64,000 bases of DNA from a candidate division BRC1 bacterium HGW-BRC1-1 (lineage in GTDB: Bacteria > Sumerlaeota > Sumerlaeia > Sumerlaeales > Sumerlaeaceae), in assembly GCA_002842095.1 (NCBI GenBank), contig PHCB01000011.1, positions 96,481 through 160,480 on the forward strand, in the 5' to 3' direction. The notes beneath the pieces were generated by a model, which was not told the origin of the DNA, did no database searches, and saw nothing but the letters and a program-made list of their open reading frames with translations. Every line of letters starts with the position of its first letter. Positions within the stretch are counted from its first letter, which is position 1. Shown one piece after another: positions 1-8,403 of this stretch. The position numbers were made by a program, and so were the translations under genes.

Positions 1-753
1 TATTTTGCAGTCGGTGTTCTTGCCACGGGTGCAAACCTCTGGATGTTCACTGATTCGGGAAGTGAATCAACCCGTTGGGCTGGGTCGAAGATCACCGTTT
101 CCCCCGATGCACCTTACTCTGGCGTCACTGCAGTTGCGGTGAACTCTCTTGTGATGTGTGACCAGGAGACAGGATCTTTGCAGTTCTTTCTCGTGAGCGG
201 CGGCTCCGCTGCTGCCGTTGGTTCGCCCATCGCAAATCCAGGCGCCACCGGTCTGAAGACTACCTGCGTGGTTTATTACAACGGCCCCGGACAGGATTAC
301 TTCTTCACCTATCTCGCCAGCGATACGCTGACTCGTCGCATTGACGTTTTCACGACCGATGGTACCCCCGCCGGAACGGCGCACGCTGGCACTCTTTGTA
401 CCGGTGTCGTTTCTAATATGCCCGTCGCAGGTCACTATAACCAAAAATGGTCAACGATCAACGTCGACCCTGCGAAACAGCTTCTCGTCGCTGCTTCCAA
501 TGAAGCCGACGCTGCAACTGCCAACGGGTTTGATGCCTTTAACCTCTCCACAGTCGTAACGAACGGAACAGCGACACCTTACGTTCAAAACCGTGACGCC
601 ACGACCTTCGGAGCAAAGCCTGGTGCAGCGATAACCGGCATGGCATTCTTCAAGGTCGCCAGCGTGGATTATCTTGCGGTGAACTACAGCAACCAATTGG
701 CCGTCTTTACCATGGCGACTGCCGCTGCGGTTAGTGACTGGACCCTGTATTAA
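1..753 (+). CDS. Hypothetical protein, C-terminal part (5' end lies outside the window); Ala/Thr/Gly/Val-rich, probably a beta-rich secreted or surface protein
   Basis: Frame 1 is open from nt 1 (YFAVGVLATGANLW precedes the listed Met at 43). The ORF ends at 753 and is followed by a strong terminator. I recognise no catalytic motif. Confidence 0.5.
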   Translation, partial: YFAVGVLATGANLWMFTDSGSESTRWAGSKITVSPDAPYSGVTAVAVNSLVMCDQETGSLQFFLVSGGSAAAVGSPIANPGATGLKTTCVVYYNGPGQDYFFTYLASDTLTRRIDVFTTDGTPAGTAHAGTLCTGVVSNMPVAGHYNQKWSTINVDPAKQLLVAASNEADAATANGFDAFNLSTVVTNGTATPYVQNRDATTFGAKPGAAITGMAFFKVASVDYLAVNYSNQLAVFTMATAAAVSDWTLY

Positions 754-796
754 GTTCTAACTCTTCCCCAACGGGGAGGTTCATTAACAATCCAAA

Positions 797-828
797 GAGC
801 TGCCGCCCAGTGCGGCGGCTCTTTTTTT
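797..828 (+). terminator. Rho-independent terminator after the first CDS; possibly weakly bidirectional, since the convergent minus-strand gene ends at 832
   Basis: Stem GAGCTGCCGC (797-806), loop CCAGT, stem GCGGCGGCTC (812-821), then T7 at 822-828. Confidence 0.7.
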
Positions 829-831
829 GTA

Positions 832-3033
832 TCAGCCACTCTTATGTCGGCGGGCCACAACCAGTGGCACTGGCAACAGACGTTCCACCCCACCGCGATC
901 GCTCGGTAGATTGACGACACCATCGCTCAAATCCGGGCTGAGCTTGAGAGCGTGGGCGCGGGGATCATTTATAAACATGACCGACGATCCACCGCCATCG
1001 AGATTCATGGCGCTGACGCAGCCGAGATTCACCATCATCTGCGCAAGTTCGGCCAGAGTCACACCGATGGAATGACGCAGGTTTGCGCGACCATCGACGA
1101 CGACAAGGACAACTCCCCCATCGGCACGTACACCCACCGCTGTGCGCGGTGCGCGGGTACGGTTCCAGTCATAGGGAAACCGCGAAGGTGGCACACCCTT
1201 CTTCTCGCAATCCAGAAAGGCTGCCGCCAGTTCGGTGCGGGCAAGGGGCGCGTTCTCCGCGAAAGAAGCCGCCTCGCGCAGCACGATCGGCTGAAACTCT
1301 TCCTTGCTCTCCCCAAGAGGCACGACGGCTCCATCCTCAACCAACAACGGTCCCACCGCGAAAGCATGACGCACCGCCGCCTCTCCTCTTCCATCGGGAT
1401 TGGGCACCTGCACCTGCGCGGCCTTTTCGGGGTCCAGTTCACCGCCATAGGCTTCTGAATCGCCCACCAGCCAGGCATTGGGGGGGATCTCGGTGGCCAT
1501 CTCTTCGAAGGTTTCCACGATGGCATCGCCCAAAACGACACTGCCGAAAAAGAGGGGTCCGAACTTGTTCTCGCGCATGGGCTTCATGGCGCGCGTGAAA
1601 CCGTTCGCTGCGACGGATTCACCCTCATAGATGAGGGCCTCGCTGTTCAGTTTGTTTCCGGCCCGCGTGGTGATGGAAGCGGTGCCGTTCTCCGCAAGAA
1701 CGAAAGCTGCGCGCCGCATGGTCCGAATCTGGAGCGTACGACCGTTCTCCACCAACAACGCCACCGGATCGTTCATGGCACTGTGGAGGGCGGAATACTC
1801 TTCGGGGAAATTTAGGAAGAACGTGGAGTTGGTGGCGGCAAGAATCTCATCATCAAAATCCTGAATGCGGCCGCTGGCCTTCAACTCGGCGGTGTGATGG
1901 ACTACCTCCGATAAAAATGCACATCCCGAGTAGGGCACAACGCGATGGATTCGGGTGAAGTCTTCTCCGATGCTGTTAGTGTCCACGAAAACTGATCCCT
2001 CAACAGAAGCGCCCTCGCCAAAATTTTGCTCACGCTCCCGCCAGGCCACGAACAGTCCGAGATTCTCACCGATGGAGGAATCCACGAACGCACACCGGTT
2101 GAGCTCAACCAGCGCGATCTCGATATCGGCCATCGTGAGGCCGTGATCCTTCGGATTGTATTGGTCCCCCACAACAAAGCGGCCGGTCCGGCGGTGAAGA
2201 AACAACGCGCGAGATTTTGAGATCGATTCGACGATGTAAGCCATGATGGCAGTGCGACCAAAGAAACGCCGACGCAGGGAAACGTAGCGTTCACGAAAAG
2301 GCGGGGCAAACTCGTGCGGGTTGGAGCGATCAATGGGCAGGAAAGCCACTGGAAAAGTGGAACCTCGCTCTGCACGAAGAGCACCCGTGGCCCAGAATGT
2401 CTGCCAAAATGCATTTGCCACCGCATCCTGAGCGGCAAGATTTCCTCGGTCGCACGGCGAACCATCGGTCGCCAGCGCATGGAGTGCAAGAGGGCGCAAA
2501 TCAATGGAGCCATCAGCCAGTGCCGTGGCAGGAATCTCGATCACATTGAGAGCGAGGCCGCCCGAGAGCTCCGAAGTGCTGTTATTGGTCGGTGAGAGAA
2601 ACTTTTTCCAAGCGTCCAGGTTTGCTGAAAAAAGAGAAGTGCCTTCCGTCAGAACCCTGGCCGGAATAACCCACTGACCGGGCGTTGAGGTCTCAACCAA
2701 CACGTCTTGAGGATTCTTCCCCGCAAAGTCGTCATCCATCACGACCTTCAAAATCTCGACATAGACCGGATAGAGCACGTAATTACAGCGCTTATAGGAA
2801 ACAGGTGAATCGCAGACCTTATCAAGCTGCTCGTTCGTCAGCGGTCGATCATATCCACCCACCTCACGAACCGACGAACGCAGGAAATCCACAAACCCCG
2901 CTGCTTCCGTTTCGAGATGGTTCAATCCTTCTGCCAGATCAATTTTCCCAAGACCGAGATCAGCGTCCTGCGAGGCCGCCCTGACCCCCTTTACGATGTT
3001 TGCATCTCCTGATGGCTGAACGACTGAACTCAT
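832..3033 (-). CDS. Large protein with a C-terminal phosphodiester glycosidase (NAGPA/DUF2233-like) domain; the N-terminal ~500 aa are unrecognised
   Basis: The C-terminus reads RTAVGVRADGGVVLVVVDGR...GVTLAELAQMMVNLGCVSAMNLDGGGSS, typical of the phosphodiester glycosidase family. I prefer the ATG at 3033 (MSSVVQPSG), which forms an ATGA overlap with the upstream AMMECR1 stop; the ORF track extends to 3099. No signal peptide is visible. Confidence 0.65.
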   Translation of the reverse strand: MSSVVQPSGDANIVKGVRAASQDADLGLGKIDLAEGLNHLETEAAGFVDFLRSSVREVGGYDRPLTNEQLDKVCDSPVSYKRCNYVLYPVYVEILKVVMDDDFAGKNPQDVLVETSTPGQWVIPARVLTEGTSLFSANLDAWKKFLSPTNNSTSELSGGLALNVIEIPATALADGSIDLRPLALHALATDGSPCDRGNLAAQDAVANAFWQTFWATGALRAERGSTFPVAFLPIDRSNPHEFAPPFRERYVSLRRRFFGRTAIMAYIVESISKSRALFLHRRTGRFVVGDQYNPKDHGLTMADIEIALVELNRCAFVDSSIGENLGLFVAWREREQNFGEGASVEGSVFVDTNSIGEDFTRIHRVVPYSGCAFLSEVVHHTAELKASGRIQDFDDEILAATNSTFFLNFPEEYSALHSAMNDPVALLVENGRTLQIRTMRRAAFVLAENGTASITTRAGNKLNSEALIYEGESVAANGFTRAMKPMRENKFGPLFFGSVVLGDAIVETFEEMATEIPPNAWLVGDSEAYGGELDPEKAAQVQVPNPDGRGEAAVRHAFAVGPLLVEDGAVVPLGESKEEFQPIVLREAASFAENAPLARTELAAAFLDCEKKGVPPSRFPYDWNRTRAPRTAVGVRADGGVVLVVVDGRANLRHSIGVTLAELAQMMVNLGCVSAMNLDGGGSSVMFINDPRAHALKLSPDLSDGVVNLPSDRGGVERLLPVPLVVARRHKSG

Positions 3034-3602
3034 GAATGGTGGGTGTCCTTTTCTGAGAAAACTTCGGCTGAGAAACGATACAATTGTGCGACCATCCATT
3101 GATCGGGTGGCAGGCCGGCCTTCACTGCTGTCTGGCGCAAAAACTCTTCAGCCCCCCAATCGCGCTCAGAAGCCACTTGAGGCAACAAAACGCCACGGTG
3201 CGTAGAGGTTGAAAGATAAATGCCGTGTTGACCGACGACGATACCTTCGGGGCCCACGAAGGGTTCCAAAGGCGTCAGCGCGGAAATCTCGAGATCAAGG
3301 TCCGGTAACTCCATAGCTGTAACCGCTGGAAATCGAGAGTCGTGCAGGGCCGCACTTTCCGCGTTGCGAATCACGCCGTCATATAAGGTGCCCACCGGCA
3401 CAATGTTTCCGATGCAGCCGCGCAACCGGTCAGCGCTGTGGAGCGTCACAAAACTTCCGCGCTCCACCTGCAATTCGTCCAGACGGGGAAAGGACTGCTC
3501 CAACTCCGACCCGGAAAGGTTTGCATTACTTACTCGAGATTCGATGACACGACGCGCCATTTTGAGCAGTTGAATTCGCGCGGTTGGTGAAAGGGGAATC
3601 AT
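3030..3602 (-). CDS. AMMECR1 domain protein
   Basis: Length is 190 aa. It carries the family hallmarks RGCIGNIVP and GVLLPQV, and the overall layout matches AMMECR1. Confidence 0.85.
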   Translation of the reverse strand: MIPLSPTARIQLLKMARRVIESRVSNANLSGSELEQSFPRLDELQVERGSFVTLHSADRLRGCIGNIVPVGTLYDGVIRNAESAALHDSRFPAVTAMELPDLDLEISALTPLEPFVGPEGIVVGQHGIYLSTSTHRGVLLPQVASERDWGAEEFLRQTAVKAGLPPDQWMVAQLYRFSAEVFSEKDTHHS

Positions 3603-3633
3603 GTCAGAGAAGACTTCCTTGGTCCGGTCAGAA

Positions 3634-5205
3634 TTACATGGAGAGGTAGAACGAGTAAATCACCCGGTCTTCCTCGTCCTCACGGTAACCCGAGATGAGC
3701 ACGTCGCCCAGACCGTCTCCGTTCATGTCCATGACCGTGATGGATGAGAAACGGGTGGGGGTTTTGATCAGCGCGACCGGGTCGTTGGAGAAGCCCTTGC
3801 CCTCAAGATTTTTGAAGACGGAAATTTCCTGGGCGCCGGTTTTCATGACCAGGTCAGGGAACTTGTCGCCATCCATGTCGGTGCTCATGACGATCTGCTG
3901 CTGGAACAACTGCCGCGGTCCGTAAATGTCATAGCTAACCAGCACGCGTTGCTTGAATGCGAAAGCCTCCGGGAAACGGTTCGCCGCTTTGTCCCAGAGA
4001 TAGAAGCGAAGGTCTCCATCAAGTCCACTGCGCAGATAACTTTTAAGCTGGGAGTTCATGGATGAGGGCTGAAAATCCAAATGGAGGAGCGCGATGTCCA
4101 CGCAGCCATCACCATTAAGATCGCCCAGAGGAATCACCTCGCTGTAGGCAAAATCCCGGGTCCGTAAAACGAAATTTGGTTCATCGGAAAAGCTGCGGTT
4201 TTCACGCCCAAGAAAAACCGAAACATCTGTGCGGGGCAGTTTGGTTGTGGTGTTCGCAACCTGGAAAGTATCGAGAATCCCATCACCGTTGAAGTCCACA
4301 AGGTTTGGCGCGTCCACCACGCGGTTTTTGTGTGCCGCGCGGGCGGTGGCTATGCGGCTATACACCGAACTGGGGCGGGCGTTGAAATCGCCTTTGTCAT
4401 TCTGGAAAAAGATCTGTCGTGGCGTCACGAAATCCAGGCGTTTGTCGGAGTTAAAATCCACTGCGAGAAACGGATCGCTGTACGTTTCCACGGCGAATTG
4501 AATACCATACCAGCGGTCGAGGCGGGGCTGCACCTGGACCATGCTCTGGGGGCCGCTTTCGCTGAAGGCGAGGCTGCCGAGAACAGCAGGTTCGACGCGC
4601 AGGCGGGTTTCCTGCATGGTGTTCATCGGGAGTGAAATGCGGGATGAGGAACTGAAATTCATGTTGGCGTCGGCATGATAAATTTCGAGGAGATCGCCAT
4701 TGGGCAGCACAAGTTCAGTCTTGCCGTCGCCATCTACATCCAACGCAGCGTCGAGAAAAACGAGATTGGGACCGGATGTCAGGTCGAAATTTTTCCGCAG
4801 AAGGGGCTTGGGTTCCACGGGCTCGGCTGCATTGCCGGATAATTGATTGGAGGAAAGATAATCCACACCGTTGGGCCCGATAAGAAGAAGTTGCAGGCCA
4901 TCAACGCTGGCGACCTTTCCCACTGCGATGGCCGCATAGGTTTCGGGAATGGGTTTGCCTGCACCAATTTCCACATCGGGTGCGGCGGGGAACGTGTTTC
5001 GGGAGGTCTGCAAAAATATCAGGATGCGACGCTGAAATATAGAAACAACATCCGTGCGGTTGTCGCCGTTGAGATCAAAGCGTGTTTCGAAAGCCGACGT
5101 CGATGCCGGCAAATTCATGAACGACTCCTGATAGCGAACCGCCGGCATGGCTGGCAGCGTCAGGGCAATCAATATGGCAGCGAGAATTATGCGCATGGTC
5201 TTCAT
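3634..5205 (-). CDS. Secreted FG-GAP/VCBS repeat protein
   Basis: N-terminal signal peptide MKTMRIILAAILIALTLPAMPA. Repeated Ca-binding DxDGDG-type loops are present (DLNGDNRTD, DVDGDGKTE, FNGDGILD, LNGDGCVD, DMDGDKFPD, DMNGDGLGD). Confidence 0.75.
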   Translation of the reverse strand: MKTMRIILAAILIALTLPAMPAVRYQESFMNLPASTSAFETRFDLNGDNRTDVVSIFQRRILIFLQTSRNTFPAAPDVEIGAGKPIPETYAAIAVGKVASVDGLQLLLIGPNGVDYLSSNQLSGNAAEPVEPKPLLRKNFDLTSGPNLVFLDAALDVDGDGKTELVLPNGDLLEIYHADANMNFSSSSRISLPMNTMQETRLRVEPAVLGSLAFSESGPQSMVQVQPRLDRWYGIQFAVETYSDPFLAVDFNSDKRLDFVTPRQIFFQNDKGDFNARPSSVYSRIATARAAHKNRVVDAPNLVDFNGDGILDTFQVANTTTKLPRTDVSVFLGRENRSFSDEPNFVLRTRDFAYSEVIPLGDLNGDGCVDIALLHLDFQPSSMNSQLKSYLRSGLDGDLRFYLWDKAANRFPEAFAFKQRVLVSYDIYGPRQLFQQQIVMSTDMDGDKFPDLVMKTGAQEISVFKNLEGKGFSNDPVALIKTPTRFSSITVMDMNGDGLGDVLISGYREDEEDRVIYSFYLSM

Positions 5206-5687
5206 GGAACGTGAGACTTGGTGACACGTTCAAGGAAATCGTGAAGAAGAACATCTAAAAGGCCTCGCCATTCCCAACGGACCAAGAAGAAGCCCCCGGC
5301 TCCGAGTTTTAGAGGCGGGAAACAAGTCTTTGGGCGGAGAAATGAAAAAGCTGAACCGCAGCCCACCTTGACAAATTCCGGCTTAGGCGCGTTGGTCTGA
5401 CACAGGTCAACGGAAAAGCGCTCTGAAATCAAAATCGGTGGAAACACCCTTGCAGAAATTTATTAAAATTGGTGAGACGGCATTGACTTCCCTCCGACCC
5501 GGTTGCAGTTCATGGGACGTTAGACTGAAGAAGTGAGGGTTGATCTGAACTGATCGACCTTTTCCCCGACTCCCTGCTCCTGTTATCGCCGTTGAAGTCC
5601 CCTCGGACACGCGATTGCGCCGCTGTGCGCACCCCCCGTAAATAAGCTTGGTATTATTGCGCTTCTTCACGCCTTTCACGCGTCAGA

Positions 5688-5726
5688 CAATTCATTTTAT
5701 TAACTTTATAAAATAGTCATTATTCC
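5688..5726 (+). promoter_or_regulatory. AT-rich tract immediately upstream of dnaA; a probable dnaA promoter or unwinding-prone segment
   Basis: The sequence caattcattttattaactttataaaatagtcattattcc sits in an otherwise GC-rich gap. I found no consensus DnaA boxes nearby. Confidence 0.3.
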
Positions 5727-5739
5727 TGGGGATCACAAA

Positions 5740-7149
5740 ATGGATCAAGCAGTCGGCCGGCAGATGTGGGAGCAAACGCTGGCATATCTCAAAAACGTAG
5801 TCGATGAAGAAAGTTTCACCACCTGGCTTCATCCGACCAGTTTTCATCACATGAACGACAACGTATTCACCATCGCCGTGCCCAGCGGTTTCACGCGCAA
5901 TTGGTTGTTGTCGAACTTCCGTGATCGAATCGTTTCCGCGCTTCGCGATGTGGCAATGGAAGATGTTGATGTGCAGTTTCTCGTCCACGCTCCCGCCGCC
6001 GGAGAGACCCAGTATCCGGCCGACATGCCTGTTTCTCCCGAAGCCCGCGGCGAAGGTGTCGTATCGCCTGCGTCCTCGTCGTCTGAATCAGATTTCCCTC
6101 AGGCCTCGCGTCTCAATCCCCGCTATACATTCGACCAATTTGTGGTGGGTGAAAGCAATCGCTTTGCTCACGCGGCCTGCCGACAGGTGGCCGATCCCAG
6201 CTCAAAGTCCTACAATCCCCTCTTCATATATGGAGGGGTGGGGCTGGGTAAAACCCACCTGATGCATGCCATCGGGCGGCAGGTGATGGACGTCAATAAC
6301 AAGCTGCGCGTGCTCTACTGCACCAGCGAGCAATTCATGAATTCCTTCGTCAGTTCCATTGAGAAGGGAAAGCAGAGCGGCTTCCGCGATTACTACCGAA
6401 ACGTCGACGTACTAATGATCGACGACGTCCAGTTCTTCATGGGTAAAGAGCGTACCCAGACAGAGTTTTTTCACACGTTCAACGCGCTCTATGACGCGGG
6501 CAAGAAAATCGTGGTTTCCAGCGACCGCCCTCCCAAAGAACTCAATAAACTGGAAGACCGCCTTCGCACGCGGTTTGCCTGGGGGTTGGTGGTGGACATT
6601 CAACCGCCGGATCTCGAAACGCGCATCGCCATTCTCAAAAAGAAATGGTCGAAGATTGACGAAACCGAGCTTCCCAACGAGATAACCCTCTACGTGGCGG
6701 AAAGAGTTCAGTCGAACATTCGCGAACTCGAAGGTGTGCTGGTACGCCTGAAAGCCTATTGCTCACTTCACGGGCAACCGCTGACGCTTGGCACCACACG
6801 GGAAGTCCTGGCCAACCTCCTCTCCTCCGACAAACCCAAGGTGGTGGACATCGAGGACATTATGGAGTGCGTCTGCAACAACTTCGACCTGCGCCGCAGC
6901 GATCTCATCGGCACAAGCCGCCTGAAACGCTTCAGCACACCGCGCCATATTGCCCAGTATTTATCCCGGAAACTCACGTCAATGTCGTACCCCGAAATTG
7001 CTGCACGCTTTGGCGGCCGGGATCATACATCGGTTCTTCATGCCTATCGCAAAATTGAGGGCGAAATTAAACGCGATGAAAATCTGGCCAATCTTGTGGC
7101 TTATCTTAGTCGCCGTATCGGTGGCCCGGATCGCCCCACTGAGGATTGA
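5740..7149 (+). CDS. dnaA: Chromosomal replication initiator protein DnaA
   Basis: Walker A GGVGLGKTHL, the AAA+ core (LMIDDVQF, VVSSDRPP), and the C-terminal DNA-binding domain (RHIAQYLSRKLT...IAARFGGRDHTSVLHAYRKI). Confidence 0.97.
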   Translation: MDQAVGRQMWEQTLAYLKNVVDEESFTTWLHPTSFHHMNDNVFTIAVPSGFTRNWLLSNFRDRIVSALRDVAMEDVDVQFLVHAPAAGETQYPADMPVSPEARGEGVVSPASSSSESDFPQASRLNPRYTFDQFVVGESNRFAHAACRQVADPSSKSYNPLFIYGGVGLGKTHLMHAIGRQVMDVNNKLRVLYCTSEQFMNSFVSSIEKGKQSGFRDYYRNVDVLMIDDVQFFMGKERTQTEFFHTFNALYDAGKKIVVSSDRPPKELNKLEDRLRTRFAWGLVVDIQPPDLETRIAILKKKWSKIDETELPNEITLYVAERVQSNIRELEGVLVRLKAYCSLHGQPLTLGTTREVLANLLSSDKPKVVDIEDIMECVCNNFDLRRSDLIGTSRLKRFSTPRHIAQYLSRKLTSMSYPEIAARFGGRDHTSVLHAYRKIEGEIKRDENLANLVAYLSRRIGGPDRPTED

Positions 7150-7230
7150 TTCCCTGTGGCGCGTTCCTTGCTCCAGTCTGAAGACAGTTCTCCGATTTCG
7201 CCCTAAGATAGCTGAAAGGCAGGTTTTTAC

Positions 7231-7686
7231 ATGCGATTCTCCCGATTCTCCAGATCGGTCAACCGTGGTTTCACGTTTATCGAGATCATGCTCGTCGTTC
7301 TTATCATCGGTATTCTGACCGCAGTTGTCGTCCCCCGAATGGTAGGCCAGAGCGACAAGGCCCGTGTCAGTGCAACCAAGGCCCAGATGGAATCACTCAA
7401 GACCGCTCTCCAACAGTTTGAAGTTCGTGCGGGACGCTTCCCTTCCACACAGGAAGGTCTGGAAGCATTGGTAAAGAGGCCTTCAGATCTGACGGATGAT
7501 GAATGGGACAAAACCATGGATAGCGTTCCGGTGGACGCCTGGAAGCAGGAGTTCATCTACAAATGTCCCGGCGATGACGGACGCGATTTCGACCTGATTT
7601 CCAAGGGTAAGGATAAGCAGGAAAACACCGACGACGACCTTGCCAACTTCAAAAGAGAAGACGCCGGGTCTTCCTCTGACAATTAG
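7231..7686 (+). CDS. gspG: Type II secretion major pseudopilin (GspG-like), with a prepilin-type N-terminal cleavage/methylation signal
   Basis: NRGFTFIEIMLVVLIIGILTAVVVP followed by the GspG-type core KARVSATKAQMESLKTALQQFEVRAGRFPSTQEGLEALV...DAWKQEFIYKCPGDDGRDFDLISKGKD. Confidence 0.85.
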   Translation: MRFSRFSRSVNRGFTFIEIMLVVLIIGILTAVVVPRMVGQSDKARVSATKAQMESLKTALQQFEVRAGRFPSTQEGLEALVKRPSDLTDDEWDKTMDSVPVDAWKQEFIYKCPGDDGRDFDLISKGKDKQENTDDDLANFKREDAGSSSDN

Positions 7687-7713
7687 TTCTTCTGATCCTT
7701 CACAAAACAGCTT

Positions 7714-7742
7714 GCCCCGCGGGTGCCCGTGGGGCATTTTTT
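7714..7742 (+). terminator. Rho-independent terminator after gspG
   Basis: GCCCCGCGGG / CCCGTGGGGC hairpin followed by T6 (7737-7742). Confidence 0.75.
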
Positions 7743-7862
7743 ATGGCGTCGTCAAAACGAATAGCGCATCAGAAAAGACTATAAGCTATCTTCTGCTGGC
7801 GGTATGCTCCGACTTGGGGTGAGGAAACGTACCGCAGGCCTCAATAATGGAAGGTTTGAATC

Positions 7863-8375
7863 ATGGATTCTAAAACGCTCACCCGTTGGATGTACGAACG
7901 CGCTCTGGCGGAGGCGCACGGTTTTGGCATGAAAATAGACGAAGCCAAATCCACCTATGATCGCCCATGGGGCGGGTACCTGTGTATCCATGAAGAATCC
8001 TATGATCGCTTTGCGGCGGCCTATTGGCAGGATGTAGATATTCCGAGGCCTGCGCCGGGCATGAAACTGGCCCCCAAAATTTTGCTGATTGCCCCCGAGA
8101 CCCGCCTCTCCCTGCAATATCACATGCGACGCAGCGAACATTGGCGGGTGTTGGATGGACCTGTGAAGATTATCACAGGAACAAGCGGCGACGACCTGTT
8201 GGAGACCACCCGCCACGCGGGTGATGTAATCCGCATCGCCATCTCCGAGTGGCATCGCATCGTCGGCACAAATAACTGGGCACGCATCGCCGAAATCTGG
8301 CAGCATGCCGTAGCCACACACCCCAGCGATGAAGAAGATATCGTCCGAGTACAGGACGATTTCGGCAGGCGATGA
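7863..8375 (+). CDS. Cupin-fold protein resembling the C-terminal mannose-6-phosphate isomerase (type II) domain
   Basis: RPWGGY, then LSLQYHMRRSEHWRVLDGPVKI and GDVIRIAISEWHRI, the cupin metal-site pattern seen in ManC-type PMI domains. Confidence 0.6.
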   Translation: MDSKTLTRWMYERALAEAHGFGMKIDEAKSTYDRPWGGYLCIHEESYDRFAAAYWQDVDIPRPAPGMKLAPKILLIAPETRLSLQYHMRRSEHWRVLDGPVKIITGTSGDDLLETTRHAGDVIRIAISEWHRIVGTNNWARIAEIWQHAVATHPSDEEDIVRVQDDFGRR

Positions 8376-8403
8376 GCATCTTAATCACACCCCTTAAATC
8401 ATC

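Noticed and set aside
5400-5440. Segment caggtcaacggaaaagcgc, superficially similar to the SRP RNA domain IV GGAA-loop region
   Set aside because: The flanks do not pair to form helix 8, and the conserved AGCA/GGAA symmetric-loop context is missing.
5202-5679. Minus-strand ORFs (81 and 90 aa) upstream of dnaA, checked as possible rpmH/rnpA
   Set aside because: Neither resembles the Arg/Lys-rich L34 sequence or RnpA. They have no RBS and odd composition, so I treat the region as non-coding.
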